A stretch of DNA of 32,000 nucleotides from Raphidiopsis brookii D9 (GTDB lineage Bacteria; Cyanobacteriota; Cyanobacteriia; Cyanobacteriales; Nostocaceae): assembly GCA_000175855.1 (NCBI GenBank), contig ACYB01000001.1:5576-37575 (forward strand), written 5' to 3'. How positions within the stretch are numbered: position 1 is the first letter of the stretch; each line of letters starts with the position of its first letter. Positions 8,537-17,284 of the stretch are shown here, piece after piece. The notes beneath the pieces were generated by a model. That model had not been told where the DNA came from, did not search any database, and saw only the letters and a program-made list of their open reading frames with translations. The translations under genes were made by a program, and so were the position numbers.

Positions 8537-10528
8537 CTACTCATATTCATCCAAACTGTATATTTCCAAGTCACTATCCATTGATGCACCAATTCCTGCT
8601 AGATCAAAATTGTCATCTGTGAGCTGAGTGATTTGTCCCGAGAAGAATTCAGCCAAACTTTTAGCTGCTTTAGCTACTTGACTCTCGTTCCAGTTGGAAA
8701 CTGACCCATTAGATGTAGGTGATTGATTGGTTGTGACTCTGGAATCTGATTCCCTGTTGTGTGGATGGGATGGAGTGCTTGGATTAGGTGTCAACTTATT
8801 GACTAGTGGTGGGTTACTAGCTGGATTGTTGACTGGATTATCAACTATTGTATCAACTGTTTCAATTTTGGGGGATGGGATTGGTTGTGGTACTGGTTGA
8901 TAAACACGGGTGGAATCTTCTGGTATGGAATTTCTTCTGGTGGTGGTAGGCGAGGAATTTGTCTTTTCTAACTGAATCTCAATATGGCGCTGAAAGGTCT
9001 GATGAAAGGCATTTTGAATAATCCCTAGGTCTGATTTACCTTTCTCGTACCATGCTTGTTTAATGCCAATCTTGGCTAAATTACCATCAAATTCTAATAG
9101 TTGACTCATCTGACGGAGCATTTCTCTCCTGGATGCTGGTTGAAGATTGGCCAATACTTGATACCAAATTTGATTTAGGTCATATTCGGATGATGATGGT
9201 ATTTCTTGTCTTGTTATATTGGGTGTTTTATCAGATCCATTAGGTAGTGCTTCTGATGAGCTGGATGTAGCTTGTTCTGGGTAATGATGGGAATGCTGGG
9301 AATTATTGGTGGGAGGGTTTGCTTGTTGATAGTCTTGTCGATAAACATGGGATGGTGACACATTGTGGTTAGTCCCATTCTGGTTTTGTATATTCCCTAG
9401 ATGGAGTGATGGGTTAGATGGAGCTACCATGGAGTTCTGGGTAATAGGTAGCAGTCCCAGTAGGGTCACTTCTAGCCATAAACGCGGCTGGGTGGTACTC
9501 TTTAATTGTGCTTCGGCTGTTCTTAATTGTTGCTGTCCACGTAAAATAAATGTTATGTCTAATTCAGTCGCAAAGTTCACTAATTGTTGCCATGTTTCTT
9601 GAGTACAACTCACTAGATCCTGACGGCTAGAGGCAGTTTTAGCTATCAGTAAATCTCGGTAAAAAGCCCCCAGATTTTGCAGAATAATTAGGGGTTCTCT
9701 ACCCCTGTCTAAAATCTTGCGTGTGTTATCTAGTACATTCTCACTGTCATTTTGAGCGATCGCCTGTAATAGGGCAAATAAATCCTTTTCGCTAACGGAT
9801 CCGACTAAATCCCAAACTTGCTCTGGGGAAACGTCTCCGGGTAATAAAGCCAATTGGTCTAATAAACTTTCAGCATCTCGTAAACCCCCCTGAGATATTT
9901 GGGCAACTAGGGTAATAGCGTCTTGGGAAATAGGGATATTTTCGTTATGAGCGATTTTAGATAAATGTTTTACCATTGCTTCCAACTGAATCCGGCGAAA
10001 GTCAAATCTTTGACAACGGGAAATAATAGTTGGCAATACTCTTTGAGGGTCAGTTGTAGCCAGGACAAAAACTACGTGTTTAGGTGGTTCCTCTAAGGTT
10101 TTAAGTAGTGCATTAAATGCTGCCGTACTTAACATGTGACACTCATCAATTACATAAACCTTATATCGACACTGGACGGGGGCAAATTGGGCCTTTTCTA
10201 TTAGTTCGCGAATATTATCCACACCCGTATTACTAGCAGCGTCAATTTCAATCACATCCAGGGAATAACCCTTGGTAATGCCTTGACAAATATCACATAC
10301 ACCACAGGGGGTGGGAGTGGGATGACCACTTTGGAGACAATTTAATGATTTGGCCAAAATCCTCGCACTGGAAGTTTTCCCCGTACCCCTGGGACCTGTA
10401 AATAAATAAGCTGGAGCAACCTTGACTAAACTAATAGCATTTGTCAGTGTGGTGGCAATTGCTTCCTGTCCAACTAGTTCAGCAAAACTCTTGGGGCGAT
10501 ACTTATGATGTAGGGGCTCGTAGGACAT
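8537..10528 (-). CDS. dnaX: DNA polymerase III subunits gamma/tau
   Basis: YRPKSFAELVGQEAIATTL, Walker A GPRGTGKTSSARI, zinc module CLNC..CGVCDIC, VYVIDECHMLS, LEEPPKHVVFVLATT; long low-complexity C-terminus. Confidence 0.95.
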   Translation of the reverse strand: MSYEPLHHKYRPKSFAELVGQEAIATTLTNAISLVKVAPAYLFTGPRGTGKTSSARILAKSLNCLQSGHPTPTPCGVCDICQGITKGYSLDVIEIDAASNTGVDNIRELIEKAQFAPVQCRYKVYVIDECHMLSTAAFNALLKTLEEPPKHVVFVLATTDPQRVLPTIISRCQRFDFRRIQLEAMVKHLSKIAHNENIPISQDAITLVAQISQGGLRDAESLLDQLALLPGDVSPEQVWDLVGSVSEKDLFALLQAIAQNDSENVLDNTRKILDRGREPLIILQNLGAFYRDLLIAKTASSRQDLVSCTQETWQQLVNFATELDITFILRGQQQLRTAEAQLKSTTQPRLWLEVTLLGLLPITQNSMVAPSNPSLHLGNIQNQNGTNHNVSPSHVYRQDYQQANPPTNNSQHSHHYPEQATSSSSEALPNGSDKTPNITRQEIPSSSEYDLNQIWYQVLANLQPASRREMLRQMSQLLEFDGNLAKIGIKQAWYEKGKSDLGIIQNAFHQTFQRHIEIQLEKTNSSPTTTRRNSIPEDSTRVYQPVPQPIPSPKIETVDTIVDNPVNNPASNPPLVNKLTPNPSTPSHPHNRESDSRVTTNQSPTSNGSVSNWNESQVAKAAKSLAEFFSGQITQLTDDNFDLAGIGASMDSDLEIYSLDEYE

Positions 10529-10842
10529 GGGTAGTCTAGTTTCTATACCAGAATATAATTAGATCAAGTTCGACCAGTCAATACGTTTTAATTCTAGGCA
10601 ATTTTGAAACATTATTAGCAAATATTTAACCATGTTACATCACGTCTAACAATTCTTAGGTGTTCGATTTGCTCCAAGGGTTAGAAGTTAAGGACCTCAA
10701 ACAACTATACTTATACTAACCCCCAAAGCCTAGATTGTCAATTGAGTCATGCTTTGCTGTTTGATCTGGGTTGGGGGTTCATCTTTACCCGGACATTTTT
10801 AGATAAAGGTAAACCCTTGCTTCCAAACCTATCCAAACTTAA

Positions 10843-11487
10843 ATGATAGAACAAATGTTAAACCGTGTAGTTAAATGGCTTAAACAAATTCTAAAAAGAG
10901 TATCTCAAGCCTTATCTGGTCAAAGACGTAGATCTAGCCAGTCGCCACAAAATGGCGAGGAAAAGAGCATACCACCCTTAAGTGACACAGATTTAGAATT
11001 TTTGTTCACAGAACTTTTGACAGGGGTTCGTCAGGCCAAGGGACGGACCTGGGCGCGAAACTGGTTACATCAAATTGAACATCGGGTCACTACTGGTCAA
11101 TGGTTAGACTGGTTACACAAGTTTGGTAATAAATTATTAAATTCCAAAAATCCCCACAACGAGATGGCATCTCGTCTAGTACAGTTAGGGGAGTTAGACG
11201 TAGGTGAAGTAGGTGATCTAGCCTATGAGATAGGCATGGAGTTATTAACTCGCATTCCCATAGAACCAATATGGGAATATGACGGACCCGACGGGGAGAT
11301 AGTAGAAAGTCCAGCAGAGGAAAACTTATCCTTAGAAGAACAAGTAGTAACTCAGGATGATTTATTGGCTATTTTGCGAGAAAATGAACCCCTGCGCCGA
11401 CAAATATCTCAAGATCTACAAATAGATTCGGATGATCCCCAGGTGATTCTTGAGGGTATAATCGACCAAGCAAAAGAGAATCCCTAA
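10843..11487 (+). CDS. conserved cyanobacterial hypothetical protein
   Basis: 214-aa ORF, MIEQMLNRVVKWLKQILKRVSQALSGQ...; acidic C-terminus; no domain recognised. Confidence 0.6.
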   Translation: MIEQMLNRVVKWLKQILKRVSQALSGQRRRSSQSPQNGEEKSIPPLSDTDLEFLFTELLTGVRQAKGRTWARNWLHQIEHRVTTGQWLDWLHKFGNKLLNSKNPHNEMASRLVQLGELDVGEVGDLAYEIGMELLTRIPIEPIWEYDGPDGEIVESPAEENLSLEEQVVTQDDLLAILRENEPLRRQISQDLQIDSDDPQVILEGIIDQAKENP

Positions 11488-11565
11488 CTCACTTCGGTTA
11501 AGACATTTAACCGCCAACAACTCACCTGGATTTGAGAATTTTATTCTATTGTGTTCTCCAAAGAG

Positions 11566-11594
11566 TTGGAAAAAATTTTTAGATGTGATAGAAT
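11566..11594 (+). promoter_or_regulatory. putative sigma70-type promoter for rpsA (TTGGAA-N17-TAGAAT)
   Basis: -35 TTGGAA at 11566-11571, 17-nt spacer, -10 TAGAAT at 11589-11594; implies a leader of about 200 nt before the ATG at 11803. Confidence 0.45.
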
Positions 11595-11802
11595 AATCTA
11601 TCTAAAAGATAATATGTGTAAGCCTAGCTTCCGGGCTAGGATCAGGTAAGGATGTAAGTGTAGATTTACAAGGGACTGGCCAAGTACCCCCTAGGGGATA
11701 GCTTAACTAGTTTTTTGCTACACTATAAACAATCGCCTTATGGCATATAGATCGTTAACTTTGACAAAAACTTACGGAGACTAGAACCAGGAACAAATCA
11801 GC

Positions 11803-12834
11803 ATGGTCAATCAGAACTTAACCGCCAAAGAAATTGGATTTACTCACGAAGATTTCGCTGCTCTACTTGATAAGTACGATTATCACTTCAGCCCTGGTGA
11901 TATTGTACCAGGTACAGTGTTTAGTATAGAGCCGCGTGGCGCTCTGATTGACATTGGTGCTAAAACAGCAGCATACATACCTATACAGGAAATGTCTATT
12001 AACCGGGTGGATGCCCCGGAAGAAGTCTTACAATCAAATGAAACGCGGGAATTTTTCATTCTCACTGATGAAAACGAAGATGGTCAGTTGACTCTGTCTA
12101 TTCGTCGTATTGAATACATGAGAGCATGGGAAAGAGTGCGGCAATTACAGAAAGAAGATGCCACTGTCCGTTCTGATGTTTTTGCAACTAATCGTGGCGG
12201 TGCATTAGTACGAATCGAAGGACTCAGGGGTTTCATTCCCGGTTCCCATATTAGCACTCGCAAGCCCAAAGAAGAACTAGTAGGGGAACAACTGCCCTTA
12301 AAATTCCTAGAAGTGGATGAGGAGCGTAACCGCTTGGTCCTCTCCCATCGTCGGGCACTGGTTGAACGTAAGATGAACCGCTTGGAAGTGGGAGAGGTAG
12401 TAATTGGTACTGTTCGCGGCATCAAACCTTATGGTGCATTTATTGATATTGGTGGTGTAAGCGGACTACTACATATCTCTGAAATCTCTCAGGAGCATAT
12501 AGACACGCCCCATAGTGTATTTAATGTAAATGACGAAGTAAAAGTCATGATCATTGATTTAGATGCTGAGAGAGGTCGTATTTCCCTATCTACCAAGCAA
12601 TTGGAGCCCGAACCCGGGGACATGATTAAGAATCGTGATTTAGTCTATGACAAGGCTGAAGAAATGGCAGCTAAGTATAGGGAACAAATGTTAGCTAAAC
12701 AGCAGGGTATTGCCGTTGCACCAGTGGAAGGATCAGAAACCGCACCGGTGGAAGAACTAGAAGTAGTTGCTGAAACCGAAGTTCCACCAGCAATTGAAGT
12801 GGAAGAAGAAATCCCGGTGGCGGTGGAAGAGTAA
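11803..12834 (+). CDS. rpsA: 30S ribosomal protein S1
   Basis: Three S1 RNA-binding repeats (GDIVPGTVFSIEPRGALIDIGAKTAAYIP; ...GGALVRIEGLRGFIPGSHIS; VVIGTVRGIKPYGAFIDIGGVSGLLHISEIS); start at ATG 11803. Confidence 0.93.
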   Translation: MVNQNLTAKEIGFTHEDFAALLDKYDYHFSPGDIVPGTVFSIEPRGALIDIGAKTAAYIPIQEMSINRVDAPEEVLQSNETREFFILTDENEDGQLTLSIRRIEYMRAWERVRQLQKEDATVRSDVFATNRGGALVRIEGLRGFIPGSHISTRKPKEELVGEQLPLKFLEVDEERNRLVLSHRRALVERKMNRLEVGEVVIGTVRGIKPYGAFIDIGGVSGLLHISEISQEHIDTPHSVFNVNDEVKVMIIDLDAERGRISLSTKQLEPEPGDMIKNRDLVYDKAEEMAAKYREQMLAKQQGIAVAPVEGSETAPVEELEVVAETEVPPAIEVEEEIPVAVEE

Positions 12835-12872
12835 CATATCTGTTGTGGTTATCTACAGCAAAACACTTAAAC

Positions 12873-12896
12873 AAGAGGGTAATTCCCCTCTTTTTT
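12873..12896 (+). terminator. Rho-independent terminator downstream of rpsA
   Basis: AAGAGGG-TAATT-CCCCTCTTTTTT hairpin followed by a T tract, 39 nt after the rpsA stop. Confidence 0.75.
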
Positions 12897-12949
12897 ATTT
12901 TTGCTAACTGGCATTGTTAATCTTAATTAGTCTTATGGAGGTTAGACAC

Positions 12950-13684
12950 ATGGTTACTATTAAATGTGGTAACGTTGTCTTTTCAGATATTCAGGCAGTT
13001 TTATTCGATAAAAATGGTACTTTAGAAGACTCAGAAGATTTTTTAAGATCCCTAGGTCAAAAAGCAGTAAGACTAATAGACGCGCAAATTCCCGGTATTG
13101 GGGAACCATTGTCAATGGCGTTGGGGATTAGTGGAGATGTGTTAGATTTAACAGGTTTAATGGCCGTAGCCAGTCGCAAGGAAACGGAAATTGCTGCTGC
13201 TGCTTACATTGCGGAAACTGGTAGGGGATGGTTTGATTGTTTAAAAATTGCCCGTCAAGCTTTAAAAGAAGCTCATGAATATATTGGACAAAACCCATCC
13301 TCTTTATATCCAGGAGTCTTAGAGCTGTTGGAGTTATTATCATCCCGGGGAACAAAACTGGGGATTCTTTCAGCTGCGACCACTAAAGGTGTGAAGCAGT
13401 TTGTTACTTGTTATGGTTTGAGAGACTATCTAGAATTAGAAATGGGAGTGGATGAGGGCCTTGGTAAACCAGATCCTAGGTTGTTTTTACAAGCTTGTAA
13501 TACCTTAGGCGTGCAGCCTCAAAATGCTTTAATGGTAGGGGATTCTATAGGTGATATGCAAATGGCACGAGATGCTAAAGCAGGGGGTTGTATAGGGATT
13601 ACCTGGAACAATAACTTGGCACAGGTACGGGGAGCGGATGTGGTTATCCATCAACTTGCTGACATCCAAGTTTTAACTAATTAA
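12950..13684 (+). CDS. HAD-superfamily hydrolase
   Basis: ORF track starts at TTG 12914, but ATG 12950 has a GGAGG Shine-Dalgarno. Motifs VLFDKNGTLEDS, KPDPRLF, MVGDSIGDMQMARDAKAG. Confidence 0.85.
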   Translation: MVTIKCGNVVFSDIQAVLFDKNGTLEDSEDFLRSLGQKAVRLIDAQIPGIGEPLSMALGISGDVLDLTGLMAVASRKETEIAAAAYIAETGRGWFDCLKIARQALKEAHEYIGQNPSSLYPGVLELLELLSSRGTKLGILSAATTKGVKQFVTCYGLRDYLELEMGVDEGLGKPDPRLFLQACNTLGVQPQNALMVGDSIGDMQMARDAKAGGCIGITWNNNLAQVRGADVVIHQLADIQVLTN

Positions 13685-13702
13685 TGGCCTGATCTGGAAA
13701 GC

Positions 13703-14914
13703 TCACGGTTTCAATCCAGCAATTTTCTGGACAAAATAACCCTCTTGGTATTTTAGTTCTCGGGCAATTTTTAATCCCTGCTCAAAAGCTATTAAAGCGT
13801 TGGCACTTTCTTCTTTCTGTACATAAATATCCCCCAGTTGATCATAGGCTTGCATTAGTCCATAAAAATTTCTGGCTAGGGTTTGGGTTTCTAGGAGAAT
13901 TTTACTAGCTTGTAATGCTTCTCCAATTTGATTTTGGGAACGATAAAGATCAATGAGTTTTTCTAATGCTTCACCAGCGCTTAGATACATTTGCAATTGC
14001 CAAGCAATAATATAAGCCTCTTGATAACTGTTCAATGCTGGTTGGAGAAAGGAAGGATTTTGTGGTACTAGGGACTGATAATTTTCTGCTATTGCTATTT
14101 TTATCCGGGGAATTGCCTGCTGGTTGTCTTGTTGATTGTAAATTGATGCTAACTGATTGAGTATATTAATTGCTTTAAGGGGTTGTTTACTTTGTTCAAA
14201 AATATAAGCCAGTTGTTGTAAATACCTTAATTGATTGGTTCTATCACCTCTAGTTACTGCTAAATTCAGTAGCTCTTGATATGTGATCGCAGCTTGGGAA
14301 TAATTAAACCAATTTAGATGTAACTCACCTATTTGATTCAGAGTTTCCACCTCAGCAACCAGGTCATTTTCACGTTTGACCAGACTTAGAACCCGCTCAT
14401 AAACCTTCACTGCTAACTGAGGAGAACGTACATTTTGATATCCTACCCCTAGCGATCGCCATAGTTGTAAATCAGCACTTTTTTCATTTTGTAACTGGGT
14501 TTCAATTTTCCGTAAGCTCTGGGTGATATACTGTACCTGTTGTCGATTATTTTCTCGCCAGGCAATTGCACCTACTCTTGATATTGCTTGTACTTGTGAT
14601 AACAGACCTAAAAATCGTCTTAGTCGCAATTCTCGATTCCACATAGAAAAAGCAGTTTCTTGATCTCCACTTTCTAACCTGATTGTAGCCTGTTGATTCA
14701 ACTCATCTAAGGCAGCTTCTAAGGTTTTTAATTCTTCCGTAGTTAATGGTTTTTCGTTGACATTACTCCTAATGAGGGAGTCTGGTATATTAGTTTCTAG
14801 GGGATTGGGGGAAAACTTATCTATTGTTGGTTTGGGATTTTGTGCCAGTGTCACAAAACTTGACAAATGCCAGATAATAATACTAACTACCACATAATTT
14901 AATGTTTTGAGCAT
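13703..14914 (-). CDS. exported tetratricopeptide-repeat protein
   Basis: N-terminal signal-like MLKTLNYVVVSIIIWHLSSFVTLAQN; several TPR-like units (AAITYQELLNLAVTRGDRTNQLRYLQQLAYIFEQ; ALIAFEQGLKIARELKYQEG). Confidence 0.75.
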   Translation of the reverse strand: MLKTLNYVVVSIIIWHLSSFVTLAQNPKPTIDKFSPNPLETNIPDSLIRSNVNEKPLTTEELKTLEAALDELNQQATIRLESGDQETAFSMWNRELRLRRFLGLLSQVQAISRVGAIAWRENNRQQVQYITQSLRKIETQLQNEKSADLQLWRSLGVGYQNVRSPQLAVKVYERVLSLVKRENDLVAEVETLNQIGELHLNWFNYSQAAITYQELLNLAVTRGDRTNQLRYLQQLAYIFEQSKQPLKAINILNQLASIYNQQDNQQAIPRIKIAIAENYQSLVPQNPSFLQPALNSYQEAYIIAWQLQMYLSAGEALEKLIDLYRSQNQIGEALQASKILLETQTLARNFYGLMQAYDQLGDIYVQKEESANALIAFEQGLKIARELKYQEGYFVQKIAGLKP

Positions 14915-14980
14915 AAATTACCCACCTTCTCCAGTATAACTAAACCGTGAAATTACCATATTTAGGCCTCTTTACCCCTT

Positions 14981-15760
14981 ATGAGTAAACTCATCCCCGC
15001 CCTCAGCATCAAAAACTTTAATTTTTATTACAACAATCGAAAAATCCTTGAGGGTGTATCAATGAATATATCTCAAAACAAAATCACAGCCATGATTGGG
15101 CCTAGTGGTTGTGGCAAATCTACTTTTCTAAAATCTCTTAACCGTATGAGTGAACTAGAAGGAGAAGTGAAATTAGAAGGAACAGTAGAATTTTTTGGAC
15201 AAAATATCCATGGTAAACGGGTAAATTTAAATCGTCTTCGCCGTCAGATTAGTATGATCTATGCCCTACCAAATCTTTTCCCCATCAGCATCTATGACAA
15301 TGTGGTCTACGGGGTAAAATTAATTGGCTGGCATCCCAAAGCAGAATTAGATGAAATAGTAGAGATAGCACTCAAGAGGGCAAATATTTGGGAGGAGTTG
15401 AAAAATAAAATGCACAAATCAGCCCTAGAATTGTCTATAGGACAACAACAAAGACTTTGTATTGCCCGATCCCTAGCTGTAAAACCACAGGTACTATTAA
15501 TAGATGAATTTTGTCTAGGACTAGACCCCATTGCCATTAGAAAGATGGAAGAACTCATAGAGTGTTTGCGATCGGAGTTAACAATTGTGTTTGTTTCTCA
15601 CAATATCCAACAGGTTTTAAGACTATCAGATTTTACTGCCATATTTCAATACAATCAAAATCATGTTGGGAATCTGGCAGATTTTGGTCCTAGCAAAAGA
15701 ATCATAGCGAATAGTTTTCACCATCGGATTCGGGATTCTATAGGTAACTATTGGCGATAG
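14981..15760 (+). CDS. PstB-like (phosphate-type) ABC transporter ATP-binding protein, divergent
   Basis: Walker A GPSGCGKSTFLKSLNRM, PNLFPISIYDNVVYG, signature LSIGQQQRLCIARSLA, Walker B VLLIDEFCLGLDPIA; PstB-like layout. Confidence 0.8.
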   Translation: MSKLIPALSIKNFNFYYNNRKILEGVSMNISQNKITAMIGPSGCGKSTFLKSLNRMSELEGEVKLEGTVEFFGQNIHGKRVNLNRLRRQISMIYALPNLFPISIYDNVVYGVKLIGWHPKAELDEIVEIALKRANIWEELKNKMHKSALELSIGQQQRLCIARSLAVKPQVLLIDEFCLGLDPIAIRKMEELIECLRSELTIVFVSHNIQQVLRLSDFTAIFQYNQNHVGNLADFGPSKRIIANSFHHRIRDSIGNYWR

Positions 15761-15767
15761 GTCGGTT

Positions 15768-16325
15768 TTAAGGTTTTAGGACTAGAAATGAACGAGCTAA
15801 GAAAAAGCTAGTAACCGTTTTAGCGTCTACAGGCTCTCCTCTATCAATAGCGGTTTCTAATTCTGCAGGGGATAAAAATACAGTTTCAATATCTTCATCT
15901 TCATCTTGCTGGGGGGGTGTTTCCAGTTTTTCCAAATCCCGAGCTAAAAAAGCATAGATAATTTCATCGGAATAACCAGGTGCTAGGAAAAATTCTCCTA
16001 ACTTATCCCACTGATGAGCTTTGTAACCAATTTCTTCTTGAATTTCTCTTTGTACTGTTGTCAAGGGCTTTTCATTTGGTTCCACAGTACCAGCAGGAAA
16101 TTCTAACAACCTTCCCTGAACTGCAAAACGATATTGGCGCACCAGAATTAATTTGCCATCATCAGTAACTGGAATGGCTAAAGCACCACCGGGATGACGA
16201 ATACATTCCCATTCTCCTTCCGACTTGTTTGGTAACCGTAAACGACTCACTTCAAAGTCGAATTTGCGACCCTTATGGAATAAACGTTGCTTAAGCAACT
16301 GTGGCAATTCTCTACCTAATGGCAT
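15768..16325 (-). CDS. NUDIX hydrolase, ADP-ribose pyrophosphatase type
   Basis: Nudix box-like EFPAGTVEPNEKPLTTVQREIQEEIGYKA and VRQYRFAV. Confidence 0.87.
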   Translation of the reverse strand: MPLGRELPQLLKQRLFHKGRKFDFEVSRLRLPNKSEGEWECIRHPGGALAIPVTDDGKLILVRQYRFAVQGRLLEFPAGTVEPNEKPLTTVQREIQEEIGYKAHQWDKLGEFFLAPGYSDEIIYAFLARDLEKLETPPQQDEDEDIETVFLSPAELETAIDRGEPVDAKTVTSFFLARSFLVLKP

Positions 16326-16382
16326 AATAAACTTCTAATTTTGGCAACTACTAGGAATACATACGGGGAGCAAGTCATACAA

Positions 16383-16904
16383 TCAGGGCCTTCGGATAAT
16401 AGTTTTCACAGCTGAACCACTACACAAGTGTACATCAGAATGGTCTACATTTCTCAATAGATTCCTAATTGTCATTCCAGATATGGGATCTTGCCAGTCT
16501 CCAGCAATTTCTTCTAAAGGAACTAATACAAAACCTCGTTCATACATTCGTGGATGGGGAATTTGCAGGTTGGACTGATTTAAAATTAGGTTATCATATA
16601 TTAACAAGTCCAAGTCTAAGGTTCTTGCTCCCCAACGTTCTAGGCGCACGCGACCGAACTGTTGTTCCACTGCCAATAAGCTGGCTAATAGGTCATGAGG
16701 TGACATTGTTACCTCAAGTATAGCACAAGCATTTAAATAATCTGGTTGAGATGGACCCACAGCTTTGGTTCTATAAAAACTAGATGTAGATTTTATAAGT
16801 AAGCCCGGGATTTGAGATAATGTGTCTAAGCATGATGATAGAATACTGGTTGAATCGCCCAGGTTACTGCCTAGGGCAATTGCAGTTTTATGAGTACTCC
16901 CCAT
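16383..16904 (-). CDS. folK: 2-amino-4-hydroxy-6-hydroxymethyldihydropteridine pyrophosphokinase
   Basis: AIALGSNLGD, SSFYRTKAVGPSQPDYLNA, RWGARTLDLDLLIYDN, IPHPRMYERGFVLVPLEEI. Confidence 0.93.
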   Translation of the reverse strand: MGSTHKTAIALGSNLGDSTSILSSCLDTLSQIPGLLIKSTSSFYRTKAVGPSQPDYLNACAILEVTMSPHDLLASLLAVEQQFGRVRLERWGARTLDLDLLIYDNLILNQSNLQIPHPRMYERGFVLVPLEEIAGDWQDPISGMTIRNLLRNVDHSDVHLCSGSAVKTIIRRP

Positions 16905-16949
16905 GTTAACTAGGTCCGAAACCAGGGTTCGGTGAGTAATGAGTTTTGA

Positions 16950-17150
16950 CTATTCTTTATCAATCTTGGGGACAAAATCAGGACGATCCTTACTTTCCCA
17001 ACCTGGGGGACGTTTAGAATTGTACCAGGCGATTGAACCAATAGTAACTGCAGCAACAAAGCCAACCACATAGACTAAGGTGAAGGCCAATGGAAAATGA
17101 TTACCAGCGGACACTGGCGCTGCTTCTAGTAGTATTAACGACAAACTCAT
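16950..17150 (-). CDS. small membrane protein resembling photosystem II assembly protein Psb35
   Basis: 66 aa with one TM segment: FPLAFTLVYVVGFVAAVTIGSIAWYNSKRPPGWESKDRPDFVPKIDKE. Confidence 0.5.
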   Translation of the reverse strand: MSLSLILLEAAPVSAGNHFPLAFTLVYVVGFVAAVTIGSIAWYNSKRPPGWESKDRPDFVPKIDKE

Positions 17151-17284
17151 GAGTGTTTTATCCCACTGCTTATAATATAGGATTTCAGGATTTTATTTCA
17201 TTTTACTATAATCTCACATATTATAGGCATAGTTAACCAAATATGTTGAATATAATATTTGATTTGGGAAAAAAACAAATGTTA

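Noticed and set aside
9363-9602. Plus-strand 79-aa ORF inside dnaX
   Set aside because: Antisense shadow of the low-complexity dnaX tail.
11883-12425. Minus-strand ORFs of 60 and 113 aa
   Set aside because: Antisense to well-supported rpsA S1 repeats.
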